The position numbers were made by a program, and so were the translations under genes. Shown piece after piece: positions 28,639 through 37,808 of a DNA stretch of 64,000 nucleotides (positions are counted from its first letter, which is position 1; each line of letters opens with the position of its first letter). A model generated the notes under the pieces. That model had not been told where the DNA came from. It worked only from the letters and a program-made list of their open reading frames with translations, and searched no databases. This stretch comes from Candidatus Nanopelagicaceae bacterium (GTDB taxonomy: Bacteria > Actinomycetota > Actinomycetes > Nanopelagicales > Nanopelagicaceae): contig VFFD01000001.1 in assembly GCA_018882745.1 (NCBI GenBank), positions 5,060 through 69,059 on the forward strand, read 5' to 3'.

Positions 28639-29939
28639 TAGCTACCGTGCTTCCAGGAGTTGAGGTACTCATCTTGAATTGAAGTGAGCGTATCAATAGT
28701 GGCGCCCATGCTCTTCAGCTTCAATCGAGCAACTTCTTTATCAATATCCGCTGGAACATAGTGAACTCCAGGGGTCAACGACTTTGCAGTCTTCACAAGC
28801 CACTCTGCAGTGAGAGCCTGATCAGCAAATGACATATCCATCACTACAGCAGGATGTCCTTCGGCAGCGCCTAGATTCACGAGTCTTCCTTCAGCAATAA
28901 GCAAAAGTCTACGACCGTTAGCTAGTACATATTCATCGGTCTGATGGCGAATGCGTGAATTCTTCTTGGCATTTTTTTCTAGCCAAGCAACATCGATTTC
29001 AATATCAAAATGACCAGCATTTGCCAGAATCGCTCCATCTTTCATGGCATTGAAATGATCAGAACTTAATACCGTTCGATTTCCAGTTACGGTGATAAAG
29101 AAATCCCCAACTTTTGCTGCTTCAAGCATTGGCATGACTCGATAGCCCTGCATCATTGCATCTAGCGCTTTCGTTGGATCAATTTCCGTAATTATGACAT
29201 CAGCGCCCATACCTCGAGCGCGTTCTGCAACTCCTTTGCCGCAATAGCCAAAGCCTGCGACAACAAAAATCTTGCCACCAATAAGTTGATTAGTAGCCCG
29301 GAAGATTGCGTCAATGGTTGACTGACCAGTTCCGTAACGATTATCAAACATATGTTTTGTGTCAGTATCGTTTACAGCAATCATCGGGAAAGTAAGTGCA
29401 CCATCTTTTGCCATCTGCTGAAGTCGAATAACTCCTGTGGTTGTTTCCTCACATCCTCCAACGATGTTTGGTAGTAGTTCGGTACGAGTGGTGTGAAGAG
29501 TATTTACAAGATCGCAACCATCATCAAATACTTGATGGGGCGCTACATCAAGAGCAGCATTGATGTGCGCGTAGTAACCGTCACGATCCACACCGTTGCG
29601 CGCGAAGACACTAATTCCATATTCATGGACGAGAGCGGCAGCTGTGTCATCCTGTGTTGAAAGCGGATTTGAAGCACATAGAGCTAGCTCTGCGCCTCCA
29701 GCCTTCAGAGTACGCATTAAGTTTGCAGTCTCAGTTGTGACATGCATGCACGCGGAGAATCGAATTCCTGTAAAGGGCTTCTCTCTCTCAAATCTCTCTC
29801 GAATCTGAGCCAACACTGGCATGTTGCGATCTGCCCACTCAATGCGCTTCTTTCCTTCAGCTGCTAGGGCAGGGTTTGCAATATCGTGCTTTGGCGTAGT
29901 AGCGGTTGCGAGATTCAAGAGGCTCTCCTTAAGAGGCAA
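28638..29939 (-). CDS. ahcY: adenosylhomocysteinase
   Basis: 433 aa. NAD-binding [10 protein letters not shown] and GHFDIEIDV motifs. Its stop overlaps the mtrA start (TAATG). Confidence 0.9.
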   Translation of the reverse strand: MPLKESLLNLATATTPKHDIANPALAAEGKKRIEWADRNMPVLAQIRERFEREKPFTGIRFSACMHVTTETANLMRTLKAGGAELALCASNPLSTQDDTAAALVHEYGISVFARNGVDRDGYYAHINAALDVAPHQVFDDGCDLVNTLHTTRTELLPNIVGGCEETTTGVIRLQQMAKDGALTFPMIAVNDTDTKHMFDNRYGTGQSTIDAIFRATNQLIGGKIFVVAGFGYCGKGVAERARGMGADVIITEIDPTKALDAMMQGYRVMPMLEAAKVGDFFITVTGNRTVLSSDHFNAMKDGAILANAGHFDIEIDVAWLEKNAKKNSRIRHQTDEYVLANGRRLLLIAEGRLVNLGAAEGHPAVVMDMSFADQALTAEWLVKTAKSLTPGVHYVPADIDKEVARLKLKSMGATIDTLTSIQDEYLNSWKHGS

Positions 29940-29965
29940 AGGGGTGAATTCTGTAGGGCGTCAGT

Positions 29966-31366
29966 TTACCCGTTTCGAATAATGCGCAACACCAAGTCTC
30001 GAAGCTCCCCCATAACCTCAGGAGTGATGCCTTCAACATTGAGACGTAACAACGGTTCAGTATTTGAGGGTCGAACATTTACCGCCCAATCCGCGGCGGT
30101 TACCGTCAAGCCATCAAGTTCATCAAATTCAACTGGAACCGCGCTTGATAGGAAATGTTCTCTAATCTTTGCAATGGCCAATTGTTGATCTTCAACCTTT
30201 GTGTTGATCTCTCCGCTCAAAGAATAGCGATTGAATCTCTCAAGGAGCTCAGAGAGTGTTTGTTGACTCTCGAGTAGAGCTGCGATGGCGTGTAGAGCGG
30301 CGAGCATTCCAGAATCTGCACACCAGAAATCCTTAAAGTAAAAGTGGCCCGAATGTTCACCACCGAAGATCGCTTTGTTCTCAGCCATCATTTTCTTAAT
30401 GTAAGAGTGACCAACTCTGCTCCGTAAAGGTTTACCGCCGGCTTCCTTAATTACTTCTGGGACAGTTCGAGAGCAAATCAAGTTGTAGATGACGGGCGAT
30501 CCAGGGTTCTTGAGAATTTCACGTTCAGCGATTAGCGCAGTTAACGCTGATGGTGATACCAAATCTCCATTCTGATCAATCAAGAAACATCGATCTGCAT
30601 CACCGTCAAATGCCAGCCCAATATCTGCATTTTTCTCTCGAACTAAGTTCTGCAAGTCGACGAGATTTTTAGGTTCAATTGGATTTGCTTCGTGGTTAGG
30701 GAATGTTCCATCAAGTTCAAAATAAATTCCATCAACCACAGCGTGGATCTTTGCCATGACTGCGGGAGCGGTATGCCCTCCCATTCCGTTGCCAGCATCA
30801 ATTGCAATTCTGATGGGACGGCCCAAGAATTCTCGAGAAAAGGCGTCTTTTGGGAAGAGTGAGAATAGAAATGAAACATAGTCGGGAAGAAGATCTCGGA
30901 CGCTTTCTTTTCCAACTGGTCGGTTCGGAATAGGAAATCCTTCTTCAATACCAAATGCAATCTGGTCTTTTATCCACAACAATCCAGACTCCTGACCAAT
31001 TGGTCTGGCTCCACTCTTACATAACTTGATTCCGTTGTATTCCGCAGGATTATGGCTAGCGGTGAACATGGCTCCAGGAAGTTGTAAGTGACCCGAAGCA
31101 AAGTAGAGCTGGTCAGTTGAGGCCAAGCCAATCCGTACTACATCTAACCCTTGTGAAGTTATGCCATCTGAGAAAGCGGTAGCGAGATCTGGAGATGAAG
31201 GACGCATATCCTCACCAACAACAACAGTGGCAGGCTCCCTCTCTCGTTCTACAAATTTCGCAAATGCAATCCCGAGTGCAAAAGCAAAATCTGGAGTGAC
31301 TTCATCATCAACTAGGCCACGGATATCGTATGCCTTGATGATTTTGTCGAGAAGTTCACGATTCAT
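29966..31366 (-). CDS. manB: phosphomannomutase/phosphoglucomutase
   Basis: 466 aa. Active-site TASHNPAEYNGIK and Mg site FDGDADRC. Position equals Rv3257c. Confidence 0.85.
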   Translation of the reverse strand: MNRELLDKIIKAYDIRGLVDDEVTPDFAFALGIAFAKFVEREREPATVVVGEDMRPSSPDLATAFSDGITSQGLDVVRIGLASTDQLYFASGHLQLPGAMFTASHNPAEYNGIKLCKSGARPIGQESGLLWIKDQIAFGIEEGFPIPNRPVGKESVRDLLPDYVSFLFSLFPKDAFSREFLGRPIRIAIDAGNGMGGHTAPAVMAKIHAVVDGIYFELDGTFPNHEANPIEPKNLVDLQNLVREKNADIGLAFDGDADRCFLIDQNGDLVSPSALTALIAEREILKNPGSPVIYNLICSRTVPEVIKEAGGKPLRSRVGHSYIKKMMAENKAIFGGEHSGHFYFKDFWCADSGMLAALHAIAALLESQQTLSELLERFNRYSLSGEINTKVEDQQLAIAKIREHFLSSAVPVEFDELDGLTVTAADWAVNVRPSNTEPLLRLNVEGITPEVMGELRDLVLRIIRNG

Positions 31367-31393
31367 GGTTATCTGGGTTTTGTTTGTGATTTT

Positions 31394-31777
31394 CTACTGT
31401 TGATAAGGGATAACGCGTAAATGTCCGCGTCTACCTACATCAGGAGAGATTACTTGAGGTTCTAGATCAACTTTCGCAGTTTGACGCACCGCTTCGGCAA
31501 TTGCCAAGAGATCTTCAGGAGATGGCTCGTGATCGTGAATTTGGGGATCATGTTGAATCACAGTCCACCCTTGGGGGACCGTTAAACGCTCTGCATGTTC
31601 GATACAAAGATCGTATGCGTGAGGCTCGGCATATGTTGCTAGCGGGCCTAGAACTGCAGTCGAGTCAGAATAGATGTAGGTAAGAGTTTTGACAGCATTC
31701 GACTTACATCCCGATCTCATGCAACAGCGTCCAACCGCGCTAGGTCGACGGTGTGGAGAGTTGCTGGGCGAATGCAT
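31394..31777 (-). CDS. DUF3499 domain protein
   Basis: 127 aa. CMRSGCKSNAVKTLTYIYSDSTAVLGPLATYAEPHAYDLCIEHAERLTVPQGW matches the conserved actinobacterial DUF3499 pattern. Confidence 0.7.
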   Translation of the reverse strand: MHSPSNSPHRRPSAVGRCCMRSGCKSNAVKTLTYIYSDSTAVLGPLATYAEPHAYDLCIEHAERLTVPQGWTVIQHDPQIHDHEPSPEDLLAIAEAVRQTAKVDLEPQVISPDVGRRGHLRVIPYQQ

Positions 31778-31852
31778 GGCGTGAGATTAGTCTGATTGAG
31801 AGAGAAAAACTTGGATTGACCGAACGCTGAGTGGCGTGATTTCACAGCTTTA

Positions 31853-33184
31853 CTAATTGCGAGGCAGAATTACCGAGATATCTGCAATCGGTTTCGTTGC
31901 ACTCTCAAGGTTGGTGCTCGGAGATATCGGAAGATGCGTTATGCCATCTCTCGTCAACCACGTCATGCTTCCGACGGCACCAGATCTATTCACGATGGTG
32001 ATACTTCGAGTATTGGAGGGAACCCGCCAATTAACAATTTCGTCGCCAATTAACGCCTTCGAATCTGAATTACCGCGGTTATCGCGCCACGAGACATCCA
32101 CATGAATCCGTTCCGAAGCGAAAGACATAATTGGTTCGAGACCATATAGATTCATTGTCACTGAGCCGAATCTCGAAGCTGGAGAACTCCACATGTAGTC
32201 CGAGATAGATCCGCTCTTAACTTCAGTAAACACTCCCCCAACCACCGGCTCGGAAGATGAAATCTTCAAAGCAAAGGTTTTACTTCCAAGATCGATCTCG
32301 CTTAAGTCAATATCGCGGACAATCTGAGGAGAGAGATTAAGGTTTCCGAAACCAACGGGAATAAAAACTCCATCAGGAGAAACAATTTCGATGCTCGCAG
32401 TTGCATCGATTTTGCCCGTTGTCATAATTCTTACCCGATGTCTAACAGTGCTGCCATTTCCCACTTTTATAGGTAAAGCCGGAATCAATATCTCCTTCGA
32501 TGGAGATCCTGCCGACGCTACAAAATCACCACCAACATTGGTAAGGCCTCGAACTCGTTCATCCAAGAGGAATGCCGTAACGCGACCACTTCTTGTTTCA
32601 ACTTTCACAACAATTCGATCTGAACCGGGATCTAGCGCATCAACGCGAATAATCTTCTCCGACGAACTCTTGACTGAGACTGGCAGTGTTTGCGTGGGGC
32701 CATTTTCTGAGTAGCTCGTAAGGTCAACGACTGCATCGCTCAATCCACTGTTCACCAGCACAATTTTCGATTGGCTCGTGACATTCGCTGTTCCCCCAAC
32801 GAACCATGTGATCGGATCGCTAACAGTGCAGATTGTTGCAGCAGTCCACTTTCCGATTCGAGATTGAAGGGCGACAGTATTTGCGGCATTGCCTTCGACC
32901 AGAATTGCTCCTTGATTTAAAGAGTAGGAGCCAAGTCCATTCTTTCTCAACAAAGATTTGGGTCGTGAAACATCTCTCACTTGAACGCTCTTATTTGGCA
33001 AGAGCGCAGTTGCTTTTGCATCACCAATTGATCCAGGGCAGGCAGTTGAAGGATACGACTGAGTGACTTCGGTAATGGATGTCGTCTGGGGCAAGAAGTA
33101 AGCAATGTGTGCTGCAATGATGAAAAAAAGTAGCGCAATAGAAGCGCGACTATCTTTTGATCGCGAATTCGTTGACTCTGTCAT
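31853..33184 (-). CDS. DUF5719-like exported protein
   Basis: 443 aa with an N-terminal TM or signal anchor (ALLFFIIAAHIAYFL). The rest is beta-rich. It is translationally coupled (ATGA) to the upstream giant GT2 gene. Confidence 0.5.
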   Translation of the reverse strand: MTESTNSRSKDSRASIALLFFIIAAHIAYFLPQTTSITEVTQSYPSTACPGSIGDAKATALLPNKSVQVRDVSRPKSLLRKNGLGSYSLNQGAILVEGNAANTVALQSRIGKWTAATICTVSDPITWFVGGTANVTSQSKIVLVNSGLSDAVVDLTSYSENGPTQTLPVSVKSSSEKIIRVDALDPGSDRIVVKVETRSGRVTAFLLDERVRGLTNVGGDFVASAGSPSKEILIPALPIKVGNGSTVRHRVRIMTTGKIDATASIEIVSPDGVFIPVGFGNLNLSPQIVRDIDLSEIDLGSKTFALKISSSEPVVGGVFTEVKSGSISDYMWSSPASRFGSVTMNLYGLEPIMSFASERIHVDVSWRDNRGNSDSKALIGDEIVNWRVPSNTRSITIVNRSGAVGSMTWLTRDGITHLPISPSTNLESATKPIADISVILPRN

Positions 33185-36100
33185 GTCAACTCCTCCTCGA
33201 GCATCTGACTTCTCCGTCTACGAGCTGGTAGCGCCAGAATCACGAGAGTTATGAATGTGATTATCTGTAGTGAGATCCAACCCCTGCGTGCAGTTGCATC
33301 ATGGAAAATGACAAACTCTCCTGGCTCGGGAACTATAAATCTTGGGATTCCATTTTCAGTTTCTCTGGCCTCAATATATGAACCGTTAAGTAACATTTTC
33401 CAACGGTCATCAAACTTCTCAGTGATGACAATTGTTCCGGCAGAAGTGAGAGTTCCTTCCGCCCCAATGTCACCGCTGGGCAGCACTGAGTACATTCCGT
33501 CTTGCGACAAAAAGGATATGTGGCCCAGAGCGCCTGGAATTTTCCAAGAAATTCCTTCATCGGTTGAAGCAGCACGAGTAAATCCTCCGGCGCCATCAAT
33601 CGTGCGGACTAGCTCTTCGCTTATAGGTCGATCCATAAAAATGTATCGAATGCCAAATTCAGCAAAAACGTTGCTGCTCAATACGCCAGATCCAGAGACC
33701 AATTCAGATACCGCTTTTGTTATCTCGGGTGTTAAGCCAGTGATGACATCTGGTTGGCCAAGCTTGAGATCACTATCGCGGGCTATGAAGTAATAGATTT
33801 TTCCCTCATCGATTCGAAACACTAGGGTTTTATATCGATCCTCTGTTTGCGCACTCGCACTCAAGAATGCCGGTAAGGCCGAATTTGTCTTCGCCTGCAC
33901 AGGCGCGGTTGCTGCAGTTGATACCCACCAGAATGCAGAAGCTAGAACCGAAAATGTTGCAATAAGACTGGTGACGCCCAGAAGTATGTGTCGATAATCA
34001 ATATGTGCCTCTGAGATTGTTGGAACATAGTGATTCACAATTAGTACTGCAGCAATGAGAGTCACAAGTGTTGGGATTACCATCAAACTTCCAACCCAGA
34101 GTTGTTCAGGAACAAAACTGCCATGGCCTGCAACGCGACGTGATCCCAATAACGCTGCGAAGCCGATGAAGAAGAGCGCCACTTCACCGAGTCGAGCGGT
34201 ACGGGCAACAAAAATTGCTATCACTGCAATCAGAAGTATCGGCGAGAGTATCCATAGTGGCGGAGCGCCCACTCCACCTGGATTGCCGATTACCAAGGAG
34301 AGAACTCCACCTCCGCCAACACTTAAACCAGGATCGAGCAGTATGCGAGAAGGATGGAGGATGAACTCCAAAGACCATGGTGCACAAACAACAAGAGGGG
34401 TAACAATGAGCGCAACTCTGCGAGCATTTCGACTATCAAATATCTCTTTAGTTATGGGGTTAGCGGATGAGTTGAATGCAACAACATCAAGAACTATGAG
34501 CACAAATTGCCAGAGAACAATAGACATGAATGTCAGTGGCGAGAAAGCACACACTATCGTGAGCAAAAGTGCTAACCACCAGGTCTTGCGCCACCCAAGA
34601 TTCTCCAGTTGCTCCAAACCAAACAGTGATCGGACTAGCCACGGTCCAATGACTATAAGTACGACGGTGCCGAGACGCCCGCTATTAATTGCTGCCAGTG
34701 TTGTTGGAGAGAATGCATAAAGCAACGCAGCTGCAAGAGCGAGAAAATGTAAATCTGTAAAGGTGCGCGCCAATGAGTATGCGCCCCAGAGCGCGAGTGG
34801 TACCGCCGCTACAAAAAGAGAAGTGATGAAGAGAGAAGCGTTTGCACCACTCAATAAAGATGTGAGACCTACTAAGGCAACCCAGGGCGGAACATTTGCA
34901 CTCGAGCCCAATCCAACGGTATGCCATGAGTCGGCGTACATACCCAAAAGATCAAGAGCACGCATCGGAGCTTCAGGGAGCGCTCCCCCAACAATCTGCC
35001 CGAAACGCTCTCTCGAGGCAAAGAGCGCAATCAGCGTTACGAATAGGGAGATGGAAAGTATTGGTCGCTTAGTGAGCCATGTAATTGGAGATGGAGCTTT
35101 CACTAACTCAATATCGGCATTCTCGAGAGCCTCATCATTGAGATCGAGCGCAGAGGATGACTTGCTCATCGTTTCCTGATGTAAAGAACTTGATTGCCAT
35201 GATCGTGATATCGCTGCGCCTGCTCGTTCGATTGCAAGCTGGATTTGCGAACCACGCGGTGGAACAAAACGTGCAATCACTCGCGATGAAACAAGTCTCT
35301 GCTTCTTCCTCATACGCCGACCGCGAATAAGGTCTTGTGGTTGCAGAATTAAGAGCGCCACAGCGCCTATTTCATCGAGGGCGTAGCCAGGCAACTTCGC
35401 TAAAAGATAACCAAGAGCGCGAAGGAGGGCTGCGCCTAGAAGTTGGATTGCTATGAAGGGAGTGAGCCACCATGATGCATTTGCCAACAGAACATATGCT
35501 GCATGGCGACGATCTAAAAGCAAAGGTCGGTGAAGAAATGCACCTGCGACATCAACGCTGCGTCTTTCATTCGATGCTGCTTCGGCATGGAATGCAATCG
35601 CTTGCGGGACAACAATTACAGAGTGGCCTGCAGTATGAACCCGCCATCCAAAATCTACGTCATCTCGGAATAAAGAAAGTTCAGGATCAAATCCACCAAG
35701 TTCTTCAAAGACATCACGACGAATAAGAGCTCCCGCCGTACTGACCGACATCACTTCGTTGATTGTGTCGTGTTGCCCTTGATCTTGTTCGCGATATTCC
35801 AATCCAGTCCAACGCGCACCATTGCCAGCAATGCTGACGCCAACTTCGAGAAGGTGATTACGGTCGTGCCAACCTCGTAATTTTGGACCTGCCATTGCGA
35901 CGCTGGGTCGTTGATCGACGGCTGCAAGGAGTTCGCTTAAGGCATTTGCTGCCGGTGCGCAATCATCATGAATCAACCAGATCCATTCTGTTGCACCTTC
36001 GGGCGCCGACTTTAGTTTTGAACTGCTCAGAACCTCTTGAATTGCTGCGCCAAAACCTTTATCGCGATCTGTCGAGAGCGTTGTAATGCCCGCGCTCTTG

Positions 36101-36261
36101 AGAAGTTTTACGGAACTATCAGTGGAAGCAGTATCTATTGCAATGACTTGATTTATCTCTCGACGCTGTTTTGCTAACGATGCGACAACGTCCGGAAGCC
36201 AGAGCGCACCATCATGAGAAACAATGATTGCTGTTACAAAGTGTTCTTGCGAAGTTGCCAT
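33181..36261 (-). CDS. glycosyltransferase family 2 fused to a large polytopic membrane domain
   Basis: 1026 aa. N-terminal GT2 domain (IIVSHDGALWLPDVVASL, DTASTDSS, LIHDDCA), then ~700 aa with many hydrophobic helices and a C-terminal soluble part. Confidence 0.7.
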   Translation of the reverse strand: MATSQEHFVTAIIVSHDGALWLPDVVASLAKQRREINQVIAIDTASTDSSVKLLKSAGITTLSTDRDKGFGAAIQEVLSSSKLKSAPEGATEWIWLIHDDCAPAANALSELLAAVDQRPSVAMAGPKLRGWHDRNHLLEVGVSIAGNGARWTGLEYREQDQGQHDTINEVMSVSTAGALIRRDVFEELGGFDPELSLFRDDVDFGWRVHTAGHSVIVVPQAIAFHAEAASNERRSVDVAGAFLHRPLLLDRRHAAYVLLANASWWLTPFIAIQLLGAALLRALGYLLAKLPGYALDEIGAVALLILQPQDLIRGRRMRKKQRLVSSRVIARFVPPRGSQIQLAIERAGAAISRSWQSSSLHQETMSKSSSALDLNDEALENADIELVKAPSPITWLTKRPILSISLFVTLIALFASRERFGQIVGGALPEAPMRALDLLGMYADSWHTVGLGSSANVPPWVALVGLTSLLSGANASLFITSLFVAAVPLALWGAYSLARTFTDLHFLALAAALLYAFSPTTLAAINSGRLGTVVLIVIGPWLVRSLFGLEQLENLGWRKTWWLALLLTIVCAFSPLTFMSIVLWQFVLIVLDVVAFNSSANPITKEIFDSRNARRVALIVTPLVVCAPWSLEFILHPSRILLDPGLSVGGGGVLSLVIGNPGGVGAPPLWILSPILLIAVIAIFVARTARLGEVALFFIGFAALLGSRRVAGHGSFVPEQLWVGSLMVIPTLVTLIAAVLIVNHYVPTISEAHIDYRHILLGVTSLIATFSVLASAFWWVSTAATAPVQAKTNSALPAFLSASAQTEDRYKTLVFRIDEGKIYYFIARDSDLKLGQPDVITGLTPEITKAVSELVSGSGVLSSNVFAEFGIRYIFMDRPISEELVRTIDGAGGFTRAASTDEGISWKIPGALGHISFLSQDGMYSVLPSGDIGAEGTLTSAGTIVITEKFDDRWKMLLNGSYIEARETENGIPRFIVPEPGEFVIFHDATARRGWISLQIITFITLVILALPARRRRSQMLEEELT

Positions 36262-36290
36262 ATCAGCGACTCACTATGGTCTGGCGGAGA

Positions 36291-36323
36291 TTTCTCGTCA
36301 GTTGTAACGAGAGTGACGAGAAA
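36291..36323. repeat. perfect 10-bp inverted repeat (hairpin) between whiB2 and the GT2 fusion gene
   Basis: TTTCTCGTCA (36291-36300) and TGACGAGAAA (36314-36323) with a 13-nt loop. No U-tract follows on the transcribed (minus) strand. Confidence 0.6.
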
Positions 36324-36359
36324 AACCGAAAACCTGAAGGAAGCTGGCGCGAAGCGTTT

Positions 36360-36653
36360 CTATGCGGGACGGCGTTTGAGTCTGCGACGCTCGCGTTCCG
36401 AGAGTCCGCCCCAAATGCCAAAACGTTCGTCATGGGCGAGAGCGTATTCAAGACACTCTTGCCTGACATCACAGGAGAGACAGACGCGCTTAGCCTCACG
36501 GGTCGAACCGCCTTTTTCAGGGAAGAATGCTTCGGGATCGGTCTGGGCACAGAGCGCTCGTTCTTGCCATGAGAGCTCAATAATTTCGCCATTACCTAAC
36601 TGGATACTAGGACCGGGAATGAAAGTCTGCTCAATTCGACGAGCATCAGTCAT
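36360..36653 (-). CDS. whiB2: WhiB-family transcription factor, WhiB2/WhiB type
   Basis: SWQERALCAQTDPEAFFPEKGGSTREAKRVCLSCDVRQECLEYAL..FGIWGGLSERERRRLKR. Trimmed to ATG 36653 (97 aa); the tracked 148-aa ORF starts at a TTG inside the leader palindrome. Confidence 0.85.
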   Translation of the reverse strand: MTDARRIEQTFIPGPSIQLGNGEIIELSWQERALCAQTDPEAFFPEKGGSTREAKRVCLSCDVRQECLEYALAHDERFGIWGGLSERERRRLKRRPA

Positions 36654-36790
36654 TAGCAATACTCCTAAGACAGTGGGCCCGACTCTGGTGAGGGGCCTGA
36701 TGGGGAGAATTACACGCTTGTTATTCCCCAGAGTCAAGTCGCGTAGGGCGAAAAATTCCCCTTTTATGAAGAAGTTGCCGGGCCAATTAC

Positions 36791-36806
36791 TTGAGATATA
36801 TCTCAA
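36791..36806. promoter_or_regulatory. perfect 16-nt palindrome TTGAGATATATCTCAA in the whiB2 upstream region
   Basis: Verified by reverse-complementing. It lies 16 nt downstream of the manC stop and about 140 nt upstream of the whiB2 ATG. The function is inferred. Confidence 0.3.
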
Positions 36807-36821
36807 ATATCAAGTAAATGG

Positions 36822-37808
36822 TCAATTATCGAGAATCTGACCTTGATATTTGGCTTGATTCCTAATTTTCAATCCGGGTGCGACATAACAATCAATTACT
36901 TCTGCGCTATCTTCAATAATTGCATTACTACCGATCATGGACCCCATCACCCGTGCACCCGCCCCGATTGTTACTCCGTCCGAGAGGACAGATCCCCCAC
37001 CGACAGTAGCGGTTGGGTGGATGGAAACTCTTGCCTCTGCGACATAACCAGCATCCGTTACCTCGGTTGCTCGGGATAGCTCGGGATGAAGAATGAGATC
37101 AGCAGATGCCTTGATGAAAGATTGTGGCGTCCCCATATCAATCCAATACGTATTATCGTGATAACCAAAGATCGAGAAGTCTTGCGCAAGTAAGGCAGGG
37201 AAAGTCTCTCGCTCAACGCTCACAACCTGGTTAACTGGAATCATCGACAGGGAACGAGCGTTAAAAATATAACAACCAGCATTAATGGTGTCTGCTTTGG
37301 GATTCTCCATCTTCTCGAGGAACTCCAAAACCCTTCCTTCTGAGTCCAGCGGAACGCATCCATAAGCACGCGGATCACTCACTCTTGTGAGGTACAACGT
37401 CACATCAGCTTGTCGATTGTGATGTAACAATATTTGAGCATGTAGATCATGCCCACTCAAAACATCTCCATTGAAAATTACTACTGATTCGTCGGAGCGT
37501 AAATTAAGTTGCGATGCTGCATTTGCTATCGCTCCTCCCGTTCCTAGTGGTTGATCTTCAATGGCATACTTAATCGAGATTCCAAAGCGCGAACCATCTC
37601 CAAAATACGGTTCGAAGACCTCTGCCATGTAAGAAGTGGCAAGAACAATCTCAGTTATCCCAGCTTCTCGTGCTTTCACAATCTGATGCTCTGTAACAGG
37701 TTTTCCCGCGACTTTGAGCATAGGTTTTGGGGTGTTATTGGTGAGTGGGGCTAGTCGCGTGCCCTTACCGCCAACAAGCAAGATTGCTTTCGTTATAGGT
37801 GATTTCAT
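36822..37808 (-). CDS. manC: mannose-1-phosphate guanylyltransferase (NTP-transferase + LbH domain)
   Basis: 328 aa. N-terminal LLVGGKGTRLAPLTNNTPKPML motif and C-terminal left-handed beta-helix repeats. Position equals Rv3264c. Confidence 0.8.
   Translation of the reverse strand: MKSPITKAILLVGGKGTRLAPLTNNTPKPMLKVAGKPVTEHQIVKAREAGITEIVLATSYMAEVFEPYFGDGSRFGISIKYAIEDQPLGTGGAIANAASQLNLRSDESVVIFNGDVLSGHDLHAQILLHHNRQADVTLYLTRVSDPRAYGCVPLDSEGRVLEFLEKMENPKADTINAGCYIFNARSLSMIPVNQVVSVERETFPALLAQDFSIFGYHDNTYWIDMGTPQSFIKASADLILHPELSRATEVTDAGYVAEARVSIHPTATVGGGSVLSDGVTIGAGARVMGSMIGSNAIIEDSAEVIDCYVAPGLKIRNQAKYQGQILDN

Noticed and set aside
29940-29965. SAH riboswitch upstream of ahcY.
   Set aside because: The gap to the upstream manB stop is only 26 nt, which is too short for the element.
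34055-34720. 221-aa plus-strand ORF. Similar long antisense ORFs occur at 33251-33793, 36214-36840, 58309-58947, 5164-5694 and 19734-20162.
   Set aside because: All lie fully antisense within well-supported genes. Their translations are Ser/Arg/Pro-rich low-complexity sequence, typical of shadow ORFs.
36654-36806. Longer 148-aa version of WhiB2 starting at TTG 36806.
   Set aside because: The extra 51 residues resemble no WhiB N-terminus, and the TTG lies inside the 16-nt palindrome. ATG 36653 gives a typical ~97-aa WhiB2.
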